Shown: positions 1 to 10,470 of the stretch, in pieces
Numbering within the stretch: the stretch's first letter is position 1
How the letters are laid out: every line of letters begins with the position of its first letter
The notes under the pieces: generated by a model
What the model was told of the DNA's origin: nothing
Seen by the model: only the letters and a program-made list of their open reading frames with translations
Databases searched by the model: none
Translations under genes and position numbers: made by a program
DNA from: Octopus sinensis
Lineage: Eukaryota
NCBI RefSeq assembly: GCF_006345805.1
Contig: NC_043018.1
Location: forward strand, 10,788,001-10,852,000
Direction: 5' to 3'
DNA length: 64,000 nt

Positions 1-262
1 AGGGAGAGCAAAAGGAGAGAAAAGTAGAATAATGGTAGGTGCGTCCCTATATTCGAAAGTCCCGAGGATCCAGGAGGAGCACGCCCAACGTGCCATGTCA
101 ACTTTGCTGTTTATGTGAGCACTCCAGCTTATTTTGTTGTTAACAGTAACACCCAGGTCTCTAGCAGTGCTGGATCCCGGGAGGGTTTCGCCTGAGGTAA
201 GAGTGTATGGTTGTTGGAATACAGTCTCTTTTTCTTCGTTTAGCCACATATTATGTTTCTCG

Positions 263-263
<1 letters not shown>
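1..263 (-). mobile_element. CR1-group LINE fragment (post-RT region), 5'-truncated, running off the window edge
   Basis: The minus strand reads open as EKHNMWLNEEK...SSTARDLGVTVNNKISWSAHINSKVDMARWACSSWILGTFEYRD. This matches the NNMxxNxxK / RDLGV / WILRxF motifs also seen in the LINEs at 2352 and 18671. It is absent from the ORF track because it has no stop codon inside the window. Confidence 0.8.
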
Positions 264-311
<48 letters not shown>

Positions 312-322
312 CAGCAGCAGCA
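264..322. repeat. (TAG)n/(CAG)n microsatellite
   Basis: Direct inspection. A second (TAG)n run at about 1102-1173 flanks the SINE array on its other side. Confidence 0.95.
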
Positions 323-323
323 A

Positions 324-1104
324 GGCGGCGAGCTGGCAGAATCGTTAGCACACCGGGCGAAATGCTTAGCGGTATTTCGTCTGCCACTACGTTCTGAGTT
401 CAAATTCCCCCGAGGTCGACCTTGCCTTTCATCCTTTCGGGGTCGATAAATTAAGTACCAGTTACGCACTGGGGTCGATGTAATCGACTTAATACCTATG
501 TCTGTCCTTGTTTGTCCCCTCTGTGTTTAGCCCCTTGTGGGTAATAAAGAAATAGGTATTTCGTCTGCTGCTACGTTCTGAGTTCAAATTCCGCCGAGGT
601 CGACTTTGCCTTTCATCCTTTCGGGGTCGATTAAATAAGTACCAGTTACGCACTGGGGTCGATGTAATCGGCTTAATACCTATGTCTGTCCTTGTTTGTC
701 CCCTCTGCGTTTAGCCCCTTGTGGGTAATAAAGAAATAGGTATTTTGTCTGCTGCTACGTTGTGAGTTCAAATTCCGCCGAGGTCGACCTCGCCTTTCAT
801 CCTTTCGGGGTCGATAAATTAAGTACCAGTTACGCACTGGGGTCGATGTAATCGACTTAATACCTATGTCTGTCCTTGTTTGTCCCCTCTGTGTTTAGCC
901 CCTTGTGGGTAGTAAAGAAATAGGTATTTTGTCTGCTGCTACGTTCTGAGTTCAAATTCCGCCGAGGTCGACTTTGCCTTTCATCCTTTCGGGGTCGATT
1001 AAATAAGTACCAGTTACGCACTGGGGTCGATGTAATCGGCTTAATCCGTGTGTCTGTGCTTGTTTGTCCGCTCTGTGTTTAGCCCCTTGGGGGTAGTAAA
1101 GAAA

Positions 1105-1107
<3 letters not shown>
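324..1107 (+). mobile_element. tRNA-derived SINE-A: one head plus four tandem 184-bp body units
   Basis: Head ggcggcgagctggcagaatcgttagc (A-box-like) and B-box-like gagttcaaattcc. Units start at 372, 556, 740 and 924, joined by aaagaaatag|gtattt. Confidence 0.9.
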
Positions 1108-1173
<66 letters not shown>

Positions 1174-1532
1174 TTGCTCCTCGATATGAATTGAGCGGGG
1201 GATAGTGTCGCCGTGTTTTGAGCTAATCGCCGAGTGACTTCATTACCACCTGCTGATGGTGTAACACAAGTTCAAAATTCGAACAGCGTTCCCTCATCTT
1301 CCATAATCAGTCAACCGTATTAAATTGTTTTACATTTTATGTTTGTAGTGTCAGTGGAAGGTTAATGAATCTGTAAACGAAAGGTGATTAAGTTCTGTAT
1401 GTTGTGAATGTGTGGCCGAGAAATTGGTTAGAAAGTCTGTTTGGGTTGTATGGTGGTTCTGTCACGACTATGTAGCTGTGACTATGAATTTTGATGGTGA
1501 AAAAAGCTGTCAAACTAAGTGACAATGCGAAC

Positions 1533-1926
1533 GAGTGGCTGTGTGGTAAGTAGCTTGTTTACCAACCACATGGTTCCGGGTTCACTCCCACCGCTGGCAC
1601 CTTGGGCAAGCGTCTTCTACTATAGCTTCGGGCCGACCAAAGCCTTGTGAGTGAATTTGGTAGACGGAAACTGAAAGAAGCCCGTCGTATATATGTATAT
1701 CTATATGTGTGTGTGTTTGTGTCTCTGTGTTTGTCCCCCCAACATCGCTTGACAACCGATGTTGGTGTGTTTACATCCCCGATATTTAACTGTTCGGCAA
1801 AAGAGACCGATAGAATAAGTACTAGACTTACAAAGAATAAGTCTTGGGGTCGATTTGCTCGACTAAAGGCGGAACTCCAGCATGGCCGCAGTCAAATGAC
1901 TGAAACCAGTAAAAGAGTAAAGAGTA
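1533..1926 (+). mobile_element. tRNA-derived SINE-B, near full length
   Basis: Head gagtggctgtgtggtaag...ggttccgggttc, internal (TA)/(TG) tract, tail ccagcatggccgcagtcaaatgactgaaac...aaaagagta. More than 15 related copies lie in the window. Confidence 0.9.
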
Positions 1927-2351
1927 TATCTATTTTGGTTCGAAGCAAAACTATTTCGTAGGTGTCTCAAATACGGAGGTATTGGTAATGGGTCGTATTG
2001 AAACGGACTCAAAATCGATGAACCTCAATCGGGACTTGGGAAATGCATGTATGCGTGCGCGTGCGTGTGTTTGCTTGTCTCTCCTCACCTGCCACTTGAC
2101 AACCGGCTTTGGTTTGTTTACGTCCTCTTAGCCCAGCAGTTCGTTAAAAGTATAATGGCTTTTACACAAATCCTATATAACTGCACCTTTTACTTTTTAC
2201 TTGTTTCAGTCATTTGACTGCGGCCATACTGGGGCACCACCTTCAGGAACTTTAGTTGAAAGAATCGCCCCAGTACTTACGGGGACGTAAACTCCCTTTC
2301 TTCAACTCTCCACACAGACACAGACATGGAGTGTATATATATATATATATA

Positions 2352-3190
2352 TGTATTCAATACCCAATAAATACACTGGACCTGGAGGGAATGCAATCCC
2401 AGAGGCACAGTCAGTGCGAGAGCTGAGTATTTACATGAGTAATGATGCAACCTTTCATGTGCATGTTGCTAAATTGGCAATGCAATGTAGGCAGCTGACC
2501 GGATGGATTCTTAGAGCCTTTAGAACAAGAGACCAGGAAACCATGATGGTCCTCTGAAGGACACTTGTCCTAAGCCACTTTGACTATTGCTCTCAGCTAT
2601 GGTCACCATCCAGTGTCAAGTTAATCACAGAACTTGAGGCGATCCAACGAAGCTACACGAAGAAGATAGCCTCTGTGCAGCATATAAGCTATTGGGAAAG
2701 ACTCAAAAGATTAAGACTCTATTCCTTAGAGTGTAGGCAAGAAAGATATGCCATAATATACATCTGGAAGATCCTGGAAGGACTTGTCCCAAACTTTGGC
2801 ATCGAGAGTTACACAAATGCTAGAACTGGGCGCCACTGCATAGTGCCAAGGACTCCAAATTTGCCATCAAGATGTAGGACAAGATACTGTGATAGCCTGG
2901 GCTTCAGAGGTCCACAGCTCTTCAATATCCTCTCGAAGGACCTGAGAGACCTGCATGGGGTGGATGCAGATGTCTTTAAAATAAAACTGGATCTCTTCCT
3001 GTCAGGTGTCCCAGATGAACCAACTTCATGGCAGGAGGTGCAGATGAGGGCAGCTGCATCGAACTCTCTCATGCACCAAATGGCAATTGCTAAAAAGCAT
3101 TCATGAACTAAAATCATGTAGCAACACCGAATGGCGGTGCCCCAGCATGGCCACAGTTCGTGAGCTGAAACTAGATAAGATATAAAATAT
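2352..3190 (+). mobile_element. CR1-group LINE, 5'-truncated 3' end with 3' UTR; single frame 2351-3106 broken by one TGA at 2555-2557
   Basis: ORFs 2351..2557 and 2675..3106 are in the same frame. Motifs: GWILRAFRTRD, DYCSQLWSP, YWERLKRLRLYSLE, FRGPQLFNIL, VPDEP. Homologous to the C-terminus of the ORF at 18621..20150. Confidence 0.9.
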
Positions 3191-3220
3191 AATATAATAT
3201 AATATATATATATATATATA

Positions 3221-3349
3221 TGTTGAAGAGCGTAGGCTGGAAATATAAAAGACTTTCTCACTTTCCGAGCGTCAAACTAATACACCTGCTTGTTGTTTAT
3301 ACTGTTTATACATCATTCTTCGTGTTTTACTTTTCTGTAAATTTCAACC
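3221..3349 (+). repeat. Short variant of repeat family D (hammerhead-like motif, degenerate)
   Basis: gaagagcgtaggctggaaatataaaagac...actaatacacctg is shared with 6341-6903, 30855, 49108 and 56158. Flanked by (TA)n. Confidence 0.75.
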
Positions 3350-3484
3350 AATATATATATATATATATATAGATATATATTTTTTTTTTTACTTGTTTCA
3401 GTCATTTGACTGCGGCCATGCTGGAGCCACCGCACTCTTATATATATATTATATATATATATATATAATATATATATATAATTT

Positions 3485-3690
3485 TAATCCAACGGAAACA
3501 AAAAAACAACACAATGGAACAATTACAGTATTATACTAATAGGCGCTCAGGAAATGGAAGCAGGGAGGTATGACGTTTCGAGCGGAGCTCTTCGTCGGAA
3601 ACATAAAGAAGGAGAGAGAGGAAAGAAAGATCCAGAGCGGGCAACAGGAAAGAGAAAAAAGACGACTGGTGTTTACGAGTTGCACATATA
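3485..3690 (-). repeat. Divergent family-D-like repeat with a hammerhead-like core
   Basis: The minus strand at about 3566-3603 reads ccgacga-agagc-tcc-gctc-gaaac-gtc. It shares the cctgagcg...tatacta/atac context with family D. Confidence 0.5.
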
Positions 3691-3718
3691 TATTATATTA
3701 TTATATAAATATATATTA

Positions 3719-5056
3719 TATAAAAGGGCTTAGTAAAATAAATTACTTTGCCGCATACTGAACTCATTAGAAATAGCAGCTAAAAAACTTTTTAAAGCTA
3801 TTTATACTTAAAGAAAATCTCTCTCAATATAGTGTTGCTTAATTCAATTCACAAAAGGTTTGGGGGTAAGGACATCGAAAAATCAAATGCTAAGGTTATT
3901 CGAGAACGTACGTTTCAAGATAGTTAAAACAACATTTCTATCATCGGCTCAGAAATTCCTTGGTTTGGATTGGAAAACACTGAAAATAAGAAATACCCTT
4001 TCGAAGATCGCTTCCAACACACAGTGCCAACAAATTCAAATAAGCAAGCGAAGAATCTCTGTTCTCCCCTTTCCCCAGCGTGGGTTAAAATCATCAAACA
4101 CTATGCTTATTTCGGTAAAATCCGAAGCATAATCAGAGGGATGATTAAGTATAATTTCAACAATTGAGGGCAAAATTAATTAATTATTAATCAATTTCAC
4201 CAAGTGTTCAGTATGCAAAGGGACCATTCAAGGCGAATTCAAATTATTACATATATAAAAGGGCTTAGTAAAATAAATTACTTTGCCGCATACTGAACTC
4301 ATTAGAAATAGCAGCCTAAAAAACTTTTTAAAGCTATTTCTAATACTTAAAGAAAATCTCTCTCATATATAGTGTTGCTTAATTCAATTCACAAAAGTTT
4401 GGGGGGTGGGTACGACATCGAAAAATCAAATGCTAAGGTATTCGAGAACGTACGTTTCAAGATTAGTTAAAACAACATTTCTATCATCGGCTCAGAAATT
4501 CCTGGTTTGGATTTGGAAACACTGAAAATAAGAACATACCTAATGCTTCGGATTTTACCGAAATAAGCATAGTGTTTATGATTTTAACCCCGCTGGTGGA
4601 AAGGGGAGAACAGAGATTCTTCGCTTGCTTATTTGAATTTGTTGGCACTGTTAGTTGGAAGCAGATCTTCGAAAGGGTATGTTCTTATTTTCAGTGTTTC
4701 CAAATCCAAACCAAGGATTTCTGAGCCGATGATAGAAATGTGTTTTAAATAATCTTGAAACGTACGTTCTCGAATAACCTTAGCATTTGATTTTCGATGT
4801 CCTTACCCCCAAACTTTTGTGAATGAATTAAGCAAACACTATATATGAGAGAGATTTTCTTTAAGTATTAGAAATAGCTTTAAAAAAGTTTTTTAGCTGC
4901 TATTCTCAATGAGTTCAGTATGCGGCAAGTAATTTATTTTAACTAAGCCCTTTTATAATAATGTAATAATTTGAATTCGCCTTGAATGGTCCCTTTGCAT
5001 ACTGAACAACTTGGTGAAATTGATTAATAATTAATTAATTTTGCCCTCAATTGTTG

Positions 5057-5060
<4 letters not shown>
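3719..5060. repeat. 535-bp tandem unit (1.5 copies forward) followed by an inverted copy, forming a large palindrome
   Basis: tataaaagggcttag occurs at 3719 and 4254. From 4541 the sequence is the reverse complement of the unit. Arms are about 4153-4540 and 4676-5060. Confidence 0.9.
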
Positions 5061-5087
<27 letters not shown>

Positions 5088-5089
<2 letters not shown>

Positions 5090-5990
5090 AGGAGCTACTT
5101 AAAAGTAACCGGAAACGTTCTATGTTGCACAAGCCAGTTGTATTTCTGGCTTCCGCCGCTAGAAACCACTTGATGCGACCCTTAGGCATCAATCTGCCGA
5201 CCAGCATCGTTGAGTCTAGTCTTACTTCCACGTGGTGCATCTTTGTTTTGCCGTGCTTCTCCCCCATTCGTCGATTTTTTACGATGACTGATACGAAAGA
5301 ACAGCATGCCTCCATGAAATTCTGTTTTCTGCTGGGGGAAAACGGCAGCCGAAATACTTGTCAAGCTTCACACAGCTTACAAGGGCACTGCTACGAGCAA
5401 AACACAAGTTTACGAGTGGTTTCCAAGCTTTATGAATTGTCACTTGTCGCTTGAAAACCAACCTCGTTCGGGGCGACAATCCACTTCACGAAAATTCATG
5501 AACTGATCTTGGAAAATCGTCGCCGAACTATTGACAAACTTGCTGACATGATTGGTGTGTCCTGGAACTGCTACCAACGAATTTTGAGCGAAGAATTGCG
5601 AGTGAAAAGAGTTGCAGTAAAATTTGTGCCTCGCTTGCACGCGGAAGATCAAAAACAGTCGCAACTGAATGCGTGACCCCTCTTACCCACCTGCCCTATT
5701 CAACCGATCTTTCTCTCTGCGACTTTTCTTTTTCTTTTGTCTCCCCGAATGAAAAAGGTCCTTAAAGCAAAACGTTTTGCAGATGTAGAAGAGGGGAAGA
5801 AAAAAAGACGGAGGCATCAAAAGGCATCACTTGGCAATAGTTCCAGGACTGCTTCGAACAGTGGAAAATCCGCGTCTGGACCGATGCATTGCTTCAAACG
5901 GAGAATACTTTGAAGGCGATAAAAGTGCAAACATTTAAAACAAGGTGAATGAAATAATATGCAAAATTCTGGTTTCTTTTGGCTACCTCC
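5088..5990 (+). mobile_element. Degenerate mariner transposon, internally deleted
   Basis: Frameshifted translation MTDTKEQHASMKFCFLLG..KTQVYEWF, PRSGR, KRVAVKFVPRL (WVPHEL-equivalent), PHLPYSTDLSLCDF (YSPDL), DRCIASNGEYFEGD. Imperfect TIRs (caaggagctacttaaaagtaaccggaa / ttctggtttcttttggctacctcc) within (TA)n. Confidence 0.85.
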
Positions 5991-5991
5991 T

Positions 5992-6029
<38 letters not shown>

Positions 6030-6044
6030 TATTATATATATATA

Positions 6045-6082
<38 letters not shown>

Positions 6083-6281
6083 GGAGGAAAAGGATCCCAT
6101 CAACTTTAAAACGGAGTCTGGATAGATTCTTTCAAAGAATACCAGATAAGCCACCCATAATTGGATACAACTCACCCAACAAGAAACTCACTACTTGAAG
6201 AAAACTTGACTTCTTAAACAGGATTCGAATAATCCTATCAGGTGGTGCAATCTTTGGTCGAAACATATCTAAGTTATCTAA

Positions 6282-6312
<31 letters not shown>

Positions 6313-6340
6313 TATATATATATATATATATATATATCTA

Positions 6341-6903
6341 TAGTTGAAATTTACAGAAAAGTAAAAGGATCTTTTCGGGTTGAACGGCAGTTTTTTCTTG
6401 CGGTGTCATATGAAATTGTCACCCATAATTATGACCCTAGTATCGATCTATTGCATTTCAATCTAGTTTAGAGTTAGGGTTGGTTAGGGTTAGGTTTAGG
6501 GGTGGGGGAAGGGTATCTTTTTTTCTTCAGAAATGTAAATAAACCCAGTCTGTTTCTTAAACGAGGGACATATTCATACGGCACAGAATGTTTTCACCTC
6601 AATAGACGTCATTAATTGGTTGAAATTGCAAAAAATTGAAGGAAAAAAACAACAAATATCTTACAAACTACAGAATTTTCTCAATAAAGCCAAGAGAAAA
6701 AGATGTTTTATAAACACATTCTACCAGTATACGAAGTTTAAAATTTTTTAGTTACCTAGAAATTATGTTAAAAACTGCCGTTCAAACCGAAAAGATCCAA
6801 GTAAAAGACGAAGAATGGTGTATAAACAACAAGCAGGTGTATTAGTTTGACGTTCGGGAAGGTGAGAAAGTCTTTTACATTTCGAGCCTACGCTCTTCAA
6901 CAT
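6341..6903 (-). repeat. Family-D short variant split by a MITE insertion
   Basis: The flanks atagttgaaatttacagaaaagtaaaa | gacgaagaatgg...gagcctacgctcttcaac rejoin to match the reverse complement of 3221-3349. Confidence 0.8.
6367..6798 (+). mobile_element. MITE-G (GGATC-TIR non-autonomous DNA transposon)
   Basis: TIRs of about 26 bp (ggatcttttcgg(g)ttgaacggcagtt / aactgccgttcaaaccgaaaagatcc). Perfect 8-bp TSD aagtaaaa. Confidence 0.92.
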
Positions 6904-6904
6904 C

Positions 6905-7325
6905 TTTCTAGCAATTCTTTCCTGCGATATCCTAATTACATGTCATCCGTAGAGCCGGAACTGTGACATTTCAAGCGAAGAGACTCCCTGATCTCTGAGC
7001 TACTCTCACCTCATTGAATATCGTTGCTCCTGAAATTCTTCGGAGGAACTCCATTTCGGTCGCTTCGGTTTGCGATCGCAATCTTTCGGCCATTACCCAA
7101 CATTCACGACTATAGATGAGGATAGAATGGGAAACCAAACTGAAGATAGTTTAGCTTTTTTTACCAATCTCTTCTCTTCTGAGAGTCGAATACTGGGGCA
7201 TTACTGTGGCATTACCCAGCATTCAATTCAGCTTCTTGCTTTCCATCGCTTGTGAGCACGGTCCCGAGACTCTTGAACTTATCCACTTCCCTCTCTTCCA
7301 TCGGCGGTGGATTCGAATTCTGATG
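6905..7325 (-). mobile_element. Degenerate RTE-clade LINE fragment
   Basis: Frameshifted minus-strand translation EVDKFKSLGTVLTSDGKQEAELNA...ECWVMAERLRSQTEATEMEFLRRISG...HVIRISQERIARKM, typical of the RTE C-terminal region. Confidence 0.7.
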
Positions 7326-7349
7326 AAATAATAATTGATTCTGACTTAG

Positions 7350-8190
7350 GCTCAAGACCAGCAAGTATGAGAAGAGAGAGTTAGTCGATTCTGTTGAGTT
7401 CACTATTTGACGGATACTTTATTTTATCGACCCCGAAAGAATGAAAAGCAAAGTTGACCTCGGTTGGGATCTGAACTTGGGACGTAATCATCTGGAGGAA
7501 AAAGCGAAGTATTGCCATGCATTTCTTCCGACGCTCTAACCAATTCTGCCAATCCATATAATAATATAATAATAATTGTAAAGGCGGCGAGCTGGCAGAA
7601 ACGTTAGCACGCCGGGCGAGATGCTTAGCGGTATTTCGTCTGCATCTACGTTCTGAGTTCAAATTCCGCCGAGGTCGACTTTGCCTTTCATCCTTTCGGG
7701 GTCGATAAATAAAGTACCAGTTGCGCACTGGGGTCGATGTAATCGCCTTAATCAGTTTGTTTGTCCTTGTTTGTCCTCTCTGTGTTTAGCCCCTTGAGGG
7801 TAGTAAAGAATAGGTATTTCGTCTGCTGCTACGTTCTAAGTTCAAATTCTGCTGAGGTCGACTTTCATCCTTTCGGGGTCAATAAATTAAGTACCAGTTA
7901 CGCACTGGGGTCGATGTAATCGACTTAATCCCTTTGTCTGTCCTTGTTTGTCCCCTTGTGGGCAATAAAGAAATAAAAATCGTTAATGCTCGGGACAAAA
8001 TGCTTAGCGGCATTTCGTCTGTCTTTAGGTTCTGAATTCAAATTCCGTCGAGGTCAACTTTGCCTTTCATCCTTTCGGGGCTGCTAGAATAAGTACCAGT
8101 TATGTATTGGGGATCGATGTAATCGACTTACTCTCACTCCTAAAATGGCTAGCCTTGTACCAAAACTTTGAAGGCATTTTATCGTTGTTG
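7350..8190. mobile_element. SINE-A cluster: diverged minus copy (7350-7553), plus copy with two tandem units (7583-7975), further variant (~7976-8190)
   Basis: Shared gaggtcgactttgcctttcatcctttcggggtcgat core. Unit starts at 7631 and 7814. Confidence 0.85.
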
Positions 8191-8714
8191 TCGAACTCAA
8201 GGGAAAGAAACCCTAATCATGTGGGCCTTTAATCAATGACGCTCCACTCGTGACCATCTTGACATTTTCCCATGCGCAATATGCCTAAAATCACAGTATT
8301 CAACGTATCTGTTACTAAGACGGTTTCTAAGAGAGATGTTGCTGCTATTTCTAGCAGATCGAGCGACCACATTGGAGTGTATTCGTTGGTAGTGGCTTAG
8401 GCGTTGGTGCCAACGTGACAGGAAATAGGTCAAAGATTGAAAGCATAGTTTCATTTTAAAACTGGACAAAAGGGGTGTGACCAGGCGACACGCCTCGCTG
8501 GACCTCGAGTTTAAATGGAAGAGCACATGGTTAATAAAATGAGATTAATTTACAAATACTTTCTACCTTTTAACATCAGGATGTTGACGTGGAGAGGAGG
8601 GAGAAGGGTGGGGGGAGAGAGGAGGAGGAGGAGGAGGAGCAGGAAGTATGTGAAAGTTGCAGCCAAAGATTTATTATTCCGAGTATTTTATGTGGGGGTG
8701 GGGAAGGTTCATTA

Positions 8715-8897
8715 GTTGTCATCACAGTTGTCGTTATCGTCATCGTCGTCGTCGTCGTCATCATCGTTGTCGTCATCGTTATCATCATCCTTATCATTCA
8801 TCCCCATCGCCATGGTTATCATCACCGTCATCATCATCGTCATCATCATCATCATCGTCATCATCATCATCATCAAAATCATCATCGTCGTCATTAT
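8715..8897. repeat. (CAT/CGT)n trinucleotide microsatellite
   Basis: Direct inspection. It generates the poly-S/H/I/D/M ORFs in the track. Confidence 0.95.
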
Positions 8898-8953
8898 CGC
8901 CATTCTCATAGTCTTTCAGTGGTTTCATTTGTAGCCATGCTGGAGTACCGCTT

Positions 8954-9269
8954 GGCGTTCCTTCGTTTTAACCCGACAAAACTGTAACAAGACCTCGGTT
9001 GTTTCCGTGTCAACTCGACAATTCACTTCGGATATCTTCGTGGCAGTGTGCGTGTTCTGTTTTTATGTATTCATGTGTTCTGGAATATAGATATAACGAA
9101 ATTATGCCAGCAAAAAAGCCTTGCATATTTGTTCTTACCTGTTTCATGTGTGTATGTGAAATCCGAAAATTTCCGGAGGTCACGAAGATATCCGAAGTGG
9201 ATTGGCGAGTTGTCACGGAAACAACCGAGGTCTTGTTATGGTTTTGTCGAGTTGAAACGAAGGAACGCC
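8954..9269. mobile_element. Fold-back MITE with ~88-bp TIRs (Mutator-like), inserted in a SINE-B tail remnant
   Basis: ggcgttccttcg...ggatatcttcgtg is mirrored by cacgaagatatcc...cgaaggaacgcc. Flanks taccgctt / caccgcctt suggest a decayed ~9-bp TSD inside gctggagcaccgcctt. Confidence 0.75.
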
Positions 9270-9644
9270 CACCGCCTTGATTTATTTTCTTTCAGTTTTG
9301 TTGTCACTTTTTTTGTTGGAAATTGGTCTCTAAGATTTTGTCTGTGGCAGCTGATCTTCCCTGAATTTTATCATTGAATGGTTGGCTCGTCTGGTGTCGT
9401 CATTAGGAACTTATGCAGTGTTTCTTTGAATGTCCATTTTTCCTGGTAGGGGAGCTGAACTATTGAGGATCTCCAAACATCAGAGTGATACAATAGAGTG
9501 TTTTCACTCATGATTTCGAAAGTGGTATATTTGGAAGCTGACAATAACTACCAGCTCGTGCATTAGAATTTTTTCTAATACCGAAGTTTGGAACATACCC
9601 CTCCAAGATTTTCTATACCTATATGATAGTATATATATATATAT

Positions 9645-9873
9645 TTCTTTACTACCCACAAGGGGCTAAACATAGAGGGGACAAACAAGGACAGACAAAG
9701 GGATTAAGTCGATTACATCGACCCCAATGCGAAACTGGTACTTTATTTATCGACCCTGAAAGGATGAAAGGCAAAGTCGACCTCGGCGGAATTTGAACTC
9801 AGAACGTAACGGCAGATGAAATACCGCTAAGCATTTCGTCCGGCGTGCTAACATTTCTGCCAGCTCTCCGCCT
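9645..9873 (-). mobile_element. SINE-A monomer
   Basis: Reverse complement of the head plus one body unit, ending aaagaaat followed by (TA)n. Confidence 0.85.
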
Positions 9874-9883
9874 GTATAGTATA

Positions 9884-9924
<41 letters not shown>

Positions 9925-10312
9925 CACACATACACACGCACACACACACACGCACACACACACACACGCACGCACACACACACGCACACACACGCACACA
10001 CACACACACACACATGCTCTCTCTCTCACTTTCTCCCCATCCATCACCCTCTTGTACTATCTTATATCTTTCCCCACCACTACACATTCATTAACACTAT
10101 AAAATGGTCAAAATTTTTCCACAAGAACTTAGTTCCATTTGAAAATCCACCAGAATGGACGAAAGCGCTATTATATGATATATGATATAAGTTATATGAT
10201 GTATAAAAACATGTAATACACAAATAAATATCTGTAAATAAAAAACCATCCGAATTTCTGAGTACCTCATTTCTGCTAATATATAATACCTGTACATCAT
10301 CTCCAAACCTTC

Positions 10313-10349
<37 letters not shown>

Positions 10350-10470
10350 ATATATATCTTCGGCGTTCAGGAGAGTAGAGACGCAGATCTTTCAGGTGTT
10401 TCCAATGAGTAAAGATTTTAACTGATGTTATTTCACAAGTAAACGTTCTTTGTAACCCTTCAATCTCTTC

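Noticed and set aside
147-196. Apparent 50-nt exon on the plus strand (ttattttgttgttaacag acceptor, gag|gtaaga donor)
   Set aside because: The minus strand of the same bases is an open CR1-group LINE fragment, so the splice-like signals are most likely coincidental.
324-410. tRNA gene calls at SINE heads
   Set aside because: Only A/B-box-like motifs are kept, no convincing cloverleaf forms, and each head continues into a SINE body.
372-1107. Regularly spaced repeats resembling a CRISPR array
   Set aside because: Whole 184-bp units are repeated with no unique spacers, the context is eukaryotic and there are no cas genes.
8576-8987. Low-complexity ORFs (poly-H/S/D/V, YIYI, VCVC, THTH, YLSI, ERER) here and throughout the track
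   Set aside because: They are translations of microsatellites, which lack stop codons by construction.
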